Part shown: one piece after another, positions 39,200 to 51,347 of the stretch
Position numbering within the stretch: position 1 is the first letter of the stretch
Layout of the letters: every line of letters begins with the position of its first letter
NCBI GenBank assembly: GCA_026023565.1
Contig: JAPETS010000001.1
Coordinates: 248,001-312,000 of the forward strand
From: Cirrosporium novae-zelandiae
Taxonomy: Eukaryota
DNA: 64,000 nt
Reading direction: 5' to 3'
Translations under genes and position numbers: made by a program
Notes under the pieces: generated by a model
The model's database searches: none
What the model was told of the DNA's origin: nothing
Seen by the model: only the letters and a program-made list of their open reading frames with translations

Positions 39200-39698
39200 T
39201 TACTTATGGTTCTCGAGGAATTGCCTGTGGCACCCGGGTTACATCGCTGCCAGTCATCTTGAGTTGGGTAAAATACCCACTTGATCACCAGATGCTGGTT
39301 GATCCAGTTGTCGTAATAGGAATATCGATAACAATATCTGGAGGAATTGGACAGGATGATTCTCGATCCAGGACTTCATTCAATTAGATATGTCCATCCA
39401 AATGCGCTCCATGATGGACCAATATTCTTGCGGCCGTCCCTAATGGTTATGACGTTGCAATGTCACTGGGGGAAGCTGATAAGCAATTCCTAGCCCCAAC
39501 CTTTTTTGTACTCTAGCACGTTTAGCTACTCTTGTCTTTCATCTCAGTTCAATAATAATCAATGACATGAGTACTTCATTCCTTTTCCCCGATTTTATCG
39601 ATTTTTTTTAGAGTAACATCATTCCGTGCCCTCTGTTGCTCGTAAATATCGTCTCATTGTTAGAGCTATTCCGTGATTTGTTGTTTAGAATTATCACC

Positions 39699-40769
39699 AT
39701 GAACCAAACTATACTCCCCGCAACTGTTCTTTACGATCTTCCTAACGAGGTGAGCGTCGAAATTGATACTCGGCCTTCATTGTATCACACTTAGTAGCTC
39801 ATATCATTAAGAATGACTACTAACTAGAACCTAGCTCCTCATCTCTATTCTTTCTTCGCTGGAAACTCGCACTCTTCTAGATCTAACCCTTGTCTCTCGT
39901 CGCTTCCACGACATTATTGTCCGAGTTCTCCACGCTCGTCTTTTACATGCTGCGTCACTCAAAGACCATAAATTGATTCTCGAATGCTATCATCCGAGTC
40001 TTCAAGCTTCAGAGCCCTATCTCTTCTGCGAATACCTCGGCACTCTCGGTCTCAGTGCTGAAACTGAGGGCGAGGGGCTATTCTACAACAGTGATACAAA
40101 AGATGGCACTCTCGGTCAGTTGGGGGCTTTGTATTCATCTTTTCGACCTCTCAGAGCGGGACAAACAACCGTTCCTAGACCACACCCAGCCGGCGATGTC
40201 CCAGGGCAGCAAGCTGCAACAGGACGAATCCTTGAGAATGGGCCGTCCGCCAACGTTGATGAGAACGACCGAGTTACCCAGAAGATTCACCTGGAAACCG
40301 ATGAGAACTTTTCGCAGTTGTGTGTGGTAACCAATTTAGTCAAATTGGGCCCGAGAAGAGGTGTGTTTACGAGTTGTGTCAATGTAAGCGATGATTTTGT
40401 GAGGGTCTTTAGGAAATGGTTGGCGAATAACGCGGAAAAGGTTACACATGGGCGAATTAAGGAGGGAAGAAATAGGATCGAAGACGATATCTTGTGGGTT
40501 GGCAGCCGACATAACATTGGTATGAAAATGAATGTTCGAGACTGGTATTTCACCCAAGAAGGGCCAATTATGGTTCTCCAGGATGATACCGAAGCAATTA
40601 GCTATATTGTCGAATTTGACGGTATGTCCTTTCCCTGTGACTTTGGGGGCCATTCAGTTGACGATCCACAGAGCTCCTAATTCGAACTAGCCGATTGTTG
40701 CTTGCGGTTGAGCAGTCATTGAAGGAATTAGAACACTCAGGTAAAGCAGTGATATTGGGTTATCTCTAA
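39699..40769 (+). CDS. F-box domain protein, 3 exons
   Basis: LYDLPNE|LLISILSSLETRTLLDLTLVSRRFH F-box, then LECYHP; last exon ELLIRTSRLLLAVE...GYL*. Confidence 0.8.
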
Positions 40770-40936
40770 ACTTTGCCTAAATTGGATATAGTTCGGAGTT
40801 TCTGGATTTTTCTTCAGCCTGAAGAAGTTTTAAACCATGAGTTATCATGAACTTATCATTTACGACAAACCCCTTTGACGATATTACTGTTTGCAGGTAT
40901 ATTAGATGCTAGAATCTTCCTATGGATACGTGCAAA

Positions 40937-41913
40937 TTATTGGTTTTCAAATTTCAACCCACTTTCCACCCTAACAGCTCCGTATATTCCAGCAATATCA
41001 CCCTTATCACCACCTTTCAGCTCCTCAACGGTTTTCAAATGATCATCGATCATTTCAACGGCCCTCATTCTTGCCCCTGCATCCGAAGCAAGTTTAAGGG
41101 CATGCCCTGCATCTTTCCTTGCATTAGAGGCGGAAAAGAGTGGCATGTCCCTATTATAGTAGTCACCAGATAACATTCGGTTTGAGTACGCGGTGTAAGG
41201 ACCGGGAAAGAAAAGCTCAATGAATTTGTGTAAATTCGCAGCTCCAAGACCAGACTTTTCTGCGATGGTATGACCTTCGCCCAGCGCTTCCACCATTTGG
41301 AGAATAAATGTATTCCCAATGACCTTGAGCGCTGTTGCCTGGCTTGGGGCCTCGTTTGACAAATCGATTATCGCGCGGCCCATAACACCAACACAGTAAG
41401 GTTTAACCTTCTCTACTTCATTTCCGTTACCTGCAAGGACGCAGATCAACTGGCCACTTTCTGCCATGGGAGTTGCACCGAAGACCGGCATTGCAACAAA
41501 GGTACCTCCTTGAGCTTCGATGGCCTTGGTAATTTGCGTGGTACTCTTGGGATGGATAGTAGAAGCGTCCACGAACAGCTTCCCTTTGACGTCCCCCTTC
41601 AAAGCTGTCTCGATTGTAGTTATCACGGCATCATCATTGCTTAAACAGATGAAGATGATGTCGGCTTTCGAAACGGCTTCTTCAATTGAGTTGGCAACAA
41701 TAGAATGCCCAATCTTGGATGAAAGGTCCGTGGCATGCTTTGTAGTGCGATTATAAAGAATCAATGGATCGGAAAGCTTCGCCTTCTCAACAAGGTTCTT
41801 ACACATACCCTATAAAATCCTATTAACCTCATATGGTCCATTAAGAATTTCGCAGGTAATTAACATACCCTTCCCATATTCCCCACTCCAATCCATGCAA
41901 GTTGAGGTGCCAT
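40937..41913 (-). CDS. NAD(P)-dependent beta-hydroxyacid dehydrogenase (3-hydroxyisobutyrate/6PGD NAD-binding family), 2 exons
   Basis: MAPQLAWIGVGNMGR|GMCKNL, YNRT, VDASTIHP, PVFGA, catalytic LKVIGN. Confidence 0.88.
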
Positions 41914-42244
41914 TTTCGAAATATCTGCTTTACCTATTTGGACTTGTTAAAAAATATTAGATTTAGACTTTTTTTTATTTGTTGAAAGATTGGAGCTTTT
42001 ATGGTCAGTAATAGGGTCTTATATAACTATTAGAAATTGCTCATCAATACTTAGAGATGAACAACAACAATGTCAAAAGTTCCGCTTTTCCGCCATCGCA
42101 CTCTCTTTGTGAGGGTAATGACGTTCAACTTCTCTAGCATATGATTACGTACACGTTAAATGGCCTATGATTTACCATTTTGCGATATTTATGCAGCGGA
42201 TGCGGCGGCGTTAACAGCCCCTCAAGTTCAAGATGTTCCTCTTC

Positions 42245-42633
42245 TGACTCATCAATCTAGTTCCACTCCTCCTCCCCGCTGGATAGGTTTAGTCTTGTTA
42301 CTTAATAGGATTCGAAGGTCATCGTAACATAACTGTCGTGATTGTTTACTATGGTATTGATAACGTGCGGGGCTCGAGGGGTTTATCATACTTGTTAAAC
42401 TATCAGTTATCGGCTATCGCATGCCAAGAGGCCATCCTGCTCATTTTCGGAGGTGGAAGCTCTCACCGAATAACGTGCTACTTGGAAACTAGGAATAAGA
42501 AATTATTTTCACCATAAATATTTTACTTTAGTCTTCAATTGCCTCTTCGTGCCAATACTATGTCATTACCTATGGTTGTTTCCTCTTCCGGTTCTGAAAT
42601 TTAGCCGTGTTTGTGCCTTCAAAAATGAGTCAT
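42245..42633. promoter_or_regulatory. Two Gcn4/CpcA (AP-1) elements at the 5' end of ARG2
   Basis: TGACTCAT at 42245-42252 and a perfect ATGAGTCAT at 42625-42633; amino-acid biosynthesis genes are established cross-pathway-control targets. Confidence 0.55.
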
Positions 42634-44974
42634 GATTTGCAAGAAGATGGCTTGGAGGACGGTGACCTCTCGTCCCACTTCAACATGTGTAAGAAGGTCT
42701 TCACCTAATGAAGCTGCTCCAAACGCTGACCTTTCTCAAGTCTAGTAACATTAATCTCTATCTCGTCAACCGCTCTAGCTTTAATGGCTACCGACGACAC
42801 TATGCTTCAAATTCCGTATATTCCGGGGATTCGAAATCAATGTCTAAGGCGTCTTCTATACAAGATTCCGAGAGAAGACTGCTGAATCATGCGAAGCAGA
42901 CTCTTGCAGACCGAGTTAGTTTGGTTTCTAGAGGGATATATCTAACCCCATTGCTAAGGGATTCAGGACTTTTTCCTGAATGTACTAAGCTCGACAGCTA
43001 CAAAACGTGAAGCCAAGTCATATTTATCCCGATTCTCTCCAAAACAGAGGTCTCCCAGAGGTAATATACACCTGAATACTATATGAAGTGTTTTAGGAAT
43101 TTGAAACTGACAATGTAGAAAATGTTCTGTCTTGTCGCCCGGAAGTCAATCTTGGCGGACTTTTTGGTCCAACAAGGGCTGTCAATGAAAGTCCGGTATT
43201 CGAGCAAAGTCATGGTAGACAGACTAGAACTGACAGCCAGGTAGAAGCTAAACATGTTGCACTGATCGTACTTAGATCTCCAGAAGAAATCGGAAATTCT
43301 ACCTTGAGAGGCATCGGAAATACAGTTTCTCAGCTCAATCGTCTAGGGATGAATACTGCTATTGTGCTGGATTGTGATAAAGGGCAACATATTTCCGAGG
43401 ACTGGAAGAAAGATTTTAGCAGTCAAGCAGAACGAGTTGCTGATGCTATCGACTCTACACCTGGAAGCTATTCACGAATTTTGGACTCCGTAATCGGCAA
43501 ATTCTCTGATGCGAATGATCGACGAATTCAACATCGGGTTATATCTCGGAATCTGCTCCTCAGACCCCTTAGACGGGGTGTAATACCTATAATCGTACCT
43601 ATTGGATACACTAGCGACACACTAACAGCAATACCGGTTGATGCAAACGACGTTCTATTGGCCGTGACACGGGAATTAACAGGCCTTTGCTTTGACTCAC
43701 ACAAAGGTCATCCACCCGAGAAAGTAGAGGATACACTTGAAATCCGGAAGCAAGTTTCTCTTGATCGACTTATTATTCTTGATGACTTTGGGGGCATACC
43801 TGCATCTGACAGGCCTCAGGGCTCCCATGTCTTCATAAATTTGGAACAAGAATATGAAACCATCAAGACCGAACTTCTTAAGATGCGTTCTAAACTGGAA
43901 ACTAAAACTCAACGTGAACATCCGTTGTCCGTCGAGGAAAATTATAATGTACCATCGCTAGACTCTAGTAATCCCATCTCAAAGCTCATCAAGATGGAGT
44001 TGCCAATGACGGGTAGCCTATGGCACCTAATACAAGACCCTCGGGCTCTACGAGCCATCGATCATCATCTACGAAATCTTGACGTGTTGCAGAAAGCGCT
44101 AACTCTTTTGCCCCCGTCATCTTCAGCCCTTGTGACTACGCCACACGAGGCTGCAAATTCAGGAAGACCTCCATCAAGCCATGCCCAGTCTGGTCTTCTT
44201 GCAGTTGGTACAAGAAGATATCGCAATCCATTAATTCATAATCTTCTCACTGATAAGCCGGTTTTCTCTTCATCTCTACCCCTGGGACGACTTGGAAGTG
44301 GAGATACTAATAAGAAGGCCATTCAAGCAATGAAATCCCCTCAAGGAACTCATACAACATTTGTCAAGCGTGGCATGCCAGTGACAATCATTCCTGACCC
44401 TCGAATTCATACTTGGATCGCTCCTAAACCTGGAGAGCCCGGTCTAGACCTGAAGGATTCTCAATTAGACCTTCCACGTCTGGTCCATCTCATCGAGGAC
44501 TCTTTTGGCAGGAAACTTGACGTGGAGCATTATCTCAACCGGATTAAAGGCCATATCGCTGGCCTTATAATCGCGGGAGAGTATGAAGGGGGTGCCTTAC
44601 TTACGTGGGAAGTACCTCCCGGAGTCCCCAAGGATGGAAGCGAAGCATCAAGAGCACGGATGGTACCCTATCTAGATAAATTCACGGTCTTAAAGAGAAG
44701 TCAAGGAGCAGGTGGGGTTGCGGATATCGTATTCAAGGCTATGGTAAAGGATTGCTTCCCCCATGGAGTTTGTTGGCGGAGTCGACGGGATAATCCTGTC
44801 AATAAGTGGTACTTTGAGAGAGCTAAAGGCACTTGGAAAATTTCAAAGTCGAACTGGACAATGTTTTGGACTACTCCGAGTGTGATGGAGAAGGGACAGA
44901 CTTTTATGGATTACGAAGGAGTTTGCAGGGCTGTGGTGCCAAGCTGGGCAGATAACAAAAGTATTGTTGATTAA
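42632..44974 (+). CDS. ARG2: Mitochondrial N-acetylglutamate synthase, 4 exons
   Basis: Basic presequence, DFFLNVLSSTATKREAKSYLSRF, HVFINLEQEY, NPLIHNLLTDKPVFSSSLP, YLDKF, WRSRRDNPVNKWYFER. Start is 42632 or the in-frame ATG at 42647. Confidence 0.93.
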
Positions 44975-45358
44975 CGGGGGGATCTGCGAAAGCAAAAGCG
45001 AAAACGAAAACGATGGGTCTTTGTAAAAAAAAACATCAATAACTAGGTAGCCTGGGGACTTATCTTGAATACTAATTACATGAAATGATGCTTTGTTCCT
45101 GTTGTTCCTGTAATTCCTGTAATTATTGAATTGTTTCAGGAACCTAAGCTCAATCTTGGTGTAGGTGGTCCGAGCGCTGTCAACAGCTGCATCCCGTACA
45201 CTTGAAGCCACCCGTCCTTGTGCTGAAATACACACTGGTAGATTGGGAGATATCACCCTTCTCAACTTTACCTCCATCATTCATATCACTCCAACCCAAG
45301 TGTCGACTGGTTTTTGACACATTAAAGGTCCTTATACCATCAATAATTACAGGTCAAA

Positions 45359-46720
45359 ATGGACAAAGTCCAGGCCTTCGGGAAGAACTTTAGGTGAGAT
45401 GAGCTTCCGCAGGTGCCTAGGTCATCAAACATCCAACAAGACATTTCTTAGCAATTGATGCTCTGCTGTCTATCCACTGTTGTTTGATATCCATATAATT
45501 TTTACTTGGCTAACTCTGCTTGCTTGATTACCTAGTGCGACCTTCACTCCTTTCGCCGCGCGCACGCAGCAATATGTAAAGGAGCAACTGGGCACAGTAG
45601 ATGACAAGGTTTGCATAACCACCCACTCTCCCAGATTCATCCTCCGATTCTTACCGCTACGTAGACCGAATTGCCTCCAGATTATATCGAGCTTGAGAAG
45701 CGTGTGGATGCCTTGAAGCAAGTTCATCAGAAGCTTCTCCAGGTCACGTAAGGATCGCTATCAGGCATCGCTGAGGGGTTATGAGCTCATCTAACATGAC
45801 TTCCTTTCAGATCTCAATATCAAAATGAAGCCTATGATTACCCCCCTAACATCCGCGAGTCGTTCAATGACCTCGGTCGAACTATCGGCGAGAAGGTCCA
45901 GCTCCTCTCCCATGCTTCCTCTCCTGCGGAAGCCCAGGCTGCTTTCACGGCCCCACCCTCCGCCAAACCTCAGCCTAAGACTTTAAGCCATGCCATCGCC
46001 AGAGCTTGCCTCGCCGGTTCCCATCTACTTTCAGAGAGCCACCAAAGTGCTGGCGAAGACCCCCTCGCAACTGCCCTAGAGAAATACGCTCTTGCCTCGG
46101 AGAAAGTCGGTGAGGCACGTCTCGCTCAAGATGCACAAATCCAGAGTCGATTTTTGGCTGGATGGCAGACGACAGTGAACACGAACATTGGATTTGCTAC
46201 GCGCGCCAGGAAGAACGTAGAGAATTCGAGGTTGATGTTAGATGCGGCGAAGGCGAGGGCCAAGACTACTCCAGGTATAGGCATGAACCCGGATGTTGAT
46301 AGCATCACTCAAGAGGAATCAGTCGAAATCGAACAACGCGAGGATGAGTTCGTAGGACAGACCGAGGAGGCTGTCGGCGTCATGAAAAATGTGAGTAACC
46401 AGCCATGTTATCATGAATCAATTTCACGCCCTGGTTTCATTTTGCCCCAGCATGTAATGATTCCAATTCTAATTCTAATATCAAACTACTAGGTCCTCGA
46501 CACCCCCGAACCCCTCCGCAACCTCGCTGACCTGATCGCTGCACAACTCGAATACCATAAGAAAGCCTACGAAATCTTGAGTGAGCTCGCCCCTGTTGTT
46601 GATGGACTTCAGGTGGAGCAAGAGGTACGTGTTATTTTCCACCATGCTCATGACACCGTTCCCAGATACTCACTTCTACAATTACAGGCTAGTTATCGAA
46701 AGAGCCGCGAAGGTGCGTAA
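45359..46720 (+). CDS. GVP36: BAR-domain protein Gvp36, 6 exons
   Basis: MDKVQAFGKNFS|ATFTPFAARTQQYVKEQLG, TELPPDYIELEKRVDALK, NEAYDYPPN, EDEFVGQTEEAVGVMKN|VLDTPEPLRNL, ends ASYRKSREGA*. Confidence 0.88.
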
Positions 46721-47405
46721 GTAAAGTGGCCGTGCGTGGGTAAATGGGAGAGAGAGAAGAGCGCAGAAAAGCAGTAGCGTAAAGAAATGTTGATTGGTTA
46801 GCCAGTCGACCCATCGATTCGCAATTGGAGGTTTCTCGTATTGGTCAATATCCTATCCTGTTCGTTGTTATTTTATACACAGGGCGGCTTTTGAGATCGG
46901 ATTTTTCTCCTTTTCTTTAGACCACTTTTTCTTCTTCCATGGGGTTTTTTTATACTTGTGTGTTTCTCCTACTCACGCAGTCGAAATCCTATGCTTTGTT
47001 AGGTTCTTGAAATGAAAGTGACGTAGGTTTTTGCTATTCATGAATCGAGTAAACTCTAAGATATGTCTTGGCCTTCTAAATGGTGTCCCTGTTTACCAGT
47101 GAACTGTATCTCTCTCTACTCGTCCCCTTCCTGATGTTCATGGGAATTGGAATACACTTTTTACGTAGTACACGATTTCAGTTGAAACAAAAGGCCATCA
47201 GGGTAATTTTGAACATGCATAAAATAATTTCTATGCCCTCATGAAAAGAGCATTTTCCGAGAGCCCTTTTTGCAACTGCAATTGTAATTGTGATATGTGA
47301 TACCAGCATAGCTCATTAGACCGAGAGAGTCATTTGATCCTCGAATGCTCTTATCACGTATTCCCATTCATCATCCCATCACACGTTTTTCTTCCTACTA
47401 GCATT

Positions 47406-48484
47406 CTACTTCTTCTTCGAAGCCTCAGCCTCGGCCTTCTCCTCAGCTCTCTTTGCACGAACACCAACCAACCTAGCATCGCTCCTCGCAGCTCTCAGTC
47501 TCTTAAACGCGTTCTCCTCACCTGCAGGCATATCACTCTTCTTGATCTCCGAGATGGCGCCAGCGATATCAACGTCCCTGATGGGGGCAATATCACCCCG
47601 GACGATTCCTTCACCGGCCAATGCGGCCTTGACGTCCTCCTTTGAGGAGTCGCCCTTTTTGTATGAGCCGGATTTGCGGGGGAACAGGATCAGGCGGGCT
47701 TTGTATTCCTTGAGGCGAGCGACGTTGGCTTTGAGGGACTCTTCGGAGAGATTTTGGCGGCGGGCATCGACTGTGATGCCGATGGTGAGGGCGAATTTCT
47801 TTGGGATTCCGGCTTCCTGTTTTTTTTGGGGGGTTGTGTTAGAATTTGTTTTGGAGTAGGGGAAAATAATATGTAATATAAATCATGAACAAACGTATTA
47901 TTTTGAGTGAGCTATGGGGGGAACTGACCTTCAACTCAGCGAGAGTAAAACCGCGGCCAGCACGTACGCGGCGGTTATATTTGATAGTTGGGCATCTCAC
48001 GACTGGGTGTAGCTTGTCTACTGGGCGAGGTGCCACTGCGGCAGCTTTGGCGATACGGGCATTTCTGCGTCGGAGCTTACGGCCAGGCTAGAAGAAGGGA
48101 CACTGTTAGAAACGCATGTTTCGTACTATCGCACCAGGGTTTAGGCAATGAGGGCAGAGTTGTGGATGTCTATCGGGTAAATTCGTTCGAGTTGTATAAA
48201 TAAGTGAGAGCATACCTGGTCGAAATGGCACCGGACACGAGTTTGCCAATCCTTGCGGAAATCTTATGAAAGTGTTAGTTATTTATATACGCTGAAAATA
48301 TATTTGGAGACTCAATCACTCACGGTTATGTTGAATCTGCTGATTATGCTTGATGGCCTAAAATATAGAAATCTCAAGTTAGCGCTTAGGTTCAATAGTG
48401 ATAGGGCTACCACCTAGGACGCATATAACATATAGGTATTGCTATCTGTTATTAGAGTCCTAGGCATATCAAGCTCCTTACCAT
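47406..48484 (-). CDS. RPL13: 60S ribosomal protein eL13, 5 exons (first coding exon is ATG only)
   Basis: [32 protein letters not shown]...[27 protein letters not shown]. Confidence 0.97.
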
Positions 48485-48610
48485 TGTGACTGGTTGGCGA
48501 TCAAGGTGTGGTCGTGATGGTTGATTATCGCCCTTCGCAAGTTGAGATCTCTAGCTTCTAAGTTGGGAACTTGGAATTGTGGGAGGTGCCAAGTCTCGAA
48601 ATTCGGGTTT

Positions 48611-48617
48611 GCCCTAA
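48611..48617. promoter_or_regulatory. GCCCTAA Tbf1-like element upstream of RPL13
   Basis: About 130 nt upstream of the ATG; resembles the telobox-like motif of fungal ribosomal protein promoters. Single short match. Confidence 0.4.
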
Positions 48618-49146
48618 CCCCAACCTAATCCGGTTAACCTAATTATTCCAGCTCCAACGCCCGAGGGTAGAAACAAAAAAGGACCTTACAGTACCTAGGT
48701 ACATATCTAGAGATTGTCAGCCTTAGGGAGGCTCTTAGATAAAATGGGGACTAATATGGCAATGTTCTTTTATCTATTATGATACAAGTTCCTAGTATTG
48801 GGCAATGTTTCTCTTGATGTCGGAAAACGTCATTCAGTAACTTAGTTTCTATCATACAGCTTTTTAAAGCTCCAAAATCGCAAGAGGTATCAACATTGCA
48901 AAGAACTGTCTTCGCAGCCCACAAAGGTAATATTGGTCTACGCCAGACCAAAGTTATAACAAACATCATCCCAAGCCACTATGAAAAGCCATTTTGTGCA
49001 CAGCACCAGATCACGATAGTAATAAATCCCAAAAAAATGAATCAAATCAAAGCCATAACAAAAATCAATTCCATCATAAAAACCATCGTAACCTATCGTT
49101 ACCAAATACCTTGGGTATCATCTCATTAATCCTAGCTCGGATGTCC

Positions 49147-50676
49147 CTAACCACTTATTCCTAGCCCAATCCCTTCCTGCATCCTCGCTTTCTTAGCTTG
49201 GATTGAATGCTCATCAGAAAAGTCAAGATTTCTCTTTTCAGCTTTGTCATGGCGACCGAGTCCTGGTTTCTTAACTTGTCCAAAGAGTTTAGATTGTAGT
49301 AGGTGGTTAGAACTCCCCACATTCTTCGGAGACCCAAAGCTACTGGATCTCTGATTAAGGTCACGCCGAAGCATGTTCGAAGCTACCTGGCTTGCCTGGG
49401 ACGCCTGATTGTCATCATCAGTTACGGCCTCTTCATCGCGATCTGATAGGGATATAGTGCTATCTCTATCCTCACGAACACGCTCTCGTTGTTGAGAAAG
49501 GATCTGGGAGACGGGCGCTGAGTAGCTAAAACGGTCATCAATCGTAGTTGTACAATTGACCGGAGTAAAAATAGTGCCATCTGTAACAATTGGCTTTGGC
49601 TGAGATGGAGTTGCGGGTAGAGATGACAAAGACTGACTACCACGCACATGGTTGATGTGGACGTGGCTAGTATAGGCTTTGGTATTGTGGTTTTGAGCTG
49701 GCGTTGATGGTACGCTGCTAGTGTCTCCATTCAGAACCTGATCTGCTGCTAAAAGGGCGGCGAAAGGATCCTGATTCCCACCCCGACTAACGTTAACCTG
49801 GTTTGGTCGAGCATTCGTCGGCAAACGTGGCATATGTCTTCGGTGTGAGACTGGCGCATCATTCCGATAGGTATTTTTTGCTATCAAGCCACCTGATGCA
49901 CGAAGTCGGTTGATATGCTCCCTATTGTCCTTGATACGCTGTCGTAATAAATCGTTCTCCTCCATGAGGACTCCATTTTGGTCTTGCTGATAACATATAA
50001 ACTTTTTTGCTTTCTGAAGTCTTTGCTCAAGTGATGTATTTGTAATCTCCAACTCTTTACAGTGTCTTATAAGAATGTCAATGCGAGAGGAGGAGGAGCC
50101 ATAAGGAGAAACTAAGGCGTTGCGACGTTGATACTCCACCTCCCGGAGAACTTCCGCTTCGCGCATTTCCATTTCATGTTCAACCTTCGCTCGCTGCGCA
50201 GTCTGTTCAGCTTCCATTCCAAGCATGCTATACTGAAATTTACAATGCGCAGCTGCAACCCTCGCCTCGCGAAGAGCTGGAATCAGTGTATCTACCATTG
50301 CGCGAAGTTCATGCTCGGTAGCATGTGCGATCCTGTTTGGGTTTGGAAGGTCTTCAGAAATCCCGGAACTGCTTTCAAAGGCACGTGTCTGGACAGTAGC
50401 TGGGGGAGATGCAGGTAGGGTTGATACGCCATCTCCAAGACTCTTCCGGGTAGGCGAATGGATAGAACGTGCGGCTTGTGCAGAGGGTGGTGGGGTCATG
50501 TCTGCAGAAAGTGGAGCTGGAGAAACGGGAGAAGTATTCTCGTAGGTGGTTACTTGAGCTGTCAATGATGCGCAACCCAGAGGTGTACTTCGATTAGGTG
50601 GAGGTGTAGAGGGAATTGTGATGTCTTCATCAACAGCCGGGTGCTGAGGTTGAGAGGTTAGTCGCTCGGAGCCCAT
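49147..50676 (-). CDS. Hypothetical protein with central coiled coil and C-terminal basic (NLS-like) motif
   Basis: 509-aa single-exon ORF; heptad-rich segment from AAHCKFQY to NREHINRLR; ends QAKKARMQEGIGLGI. Confidence 0.8.
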   Translation of the reverse strand: MGSERLTSQPQHPAVDEDITIPSTPPPNRSTPLGCASLTAQVTTYENTSPVSPAPLSADMTPPPSAQAARSIHSPTRKSLGDGVSTLPASPPATVQTRAFESSSGISEDLPNPNRIAHATEHELRAMVDTLIPALREARVAAAHCKFQYSMLGMEAEQTAQRAKVEHEMEMREAEVLREVEYQRRNALVSPYGSSSSRIDILIRHCKELEITNTSLEQRLQKAKKFICYQQDQNGVLMEENDLLRQRIKDNREHINRLRASGGLIAKNTYRNDAPVSHRRHMPRLPTNARPNQVNVSRGGNQDPFAALLAADQVLNGDTSSVPSTPAQNHNTKAYTSHVHINHVRGSQSLSSLPATPSQPKPIVTDGTIFTPVNCTTTIDDRFSYSAPVSQILSQQRERVREDRDSTISLSDRDEEAVTDDDNQASQASQVASNMLRRDLNQRSSSFGSPKNVGSSNHLLQSKLFGQVKKPGLGRHDKAEKRNLDFSDEHSIQAKKARMQEGIGLGISG

Positions 50677-51347
50677 GACTAGCTACTAGTCAAGTGTTGA
50701 AATGTAGACTAGACCTAGATATAATGAGTACCTATAAGGCCAAGTGAATTGTGTTAAGTTATACTGACAGGATCGATCGATTGTCTGATGATTATGATGG
50801 TTGAGTTAGTGGTATAAGATACCGCTCCAGCGAGCTATGACTTTGAGCGATGAATGCCTGATATATTAGGCAATTAACGCCTAGTTGATTTAATCGCGAC
50901 AAAAATAAGATGACAGATAACAGTAAACCGAAGAGTATCGTATCTCGATCTTGGGTAAAGGTTTCACCAAGTTATCCGTACCTAGTAGTAGGTCGGACGC
51001 GGGCAGAGGGTTATTATGAAGGACTTCAGATAGATTGGTTGGTTGCCCGGTCGGATTATCGGATGATGATTACTTCCGCTGGTAAAAGAACAAAGAACGC
51101 TAACCAAAAATATATATGGTCGCAACGAGTAACTGTCAAGTTCTCAAATAAACATCCGGTGGCATAACTTCATAGCTCCATAGCTTATAAGGTTGGGCTA
51201 TCAACTCCTAGTTAAAATCCTCCGTTTAGGGGGCTTCCTTGTTCATTGTGTTTCTGCCCTCTTTACCTTTTATATTTTCTAATATTTTGAACAGCGATTT
51301 TCTTCTTCATCAAGATAATTGAGTAATGTACCTAAGTCCCCCTTAAG

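Noticed and set aside
47818..48481. Intronic snoRNA in RPL13 introns
   Set aside because: No C/D box pair seen, and the introns are short.
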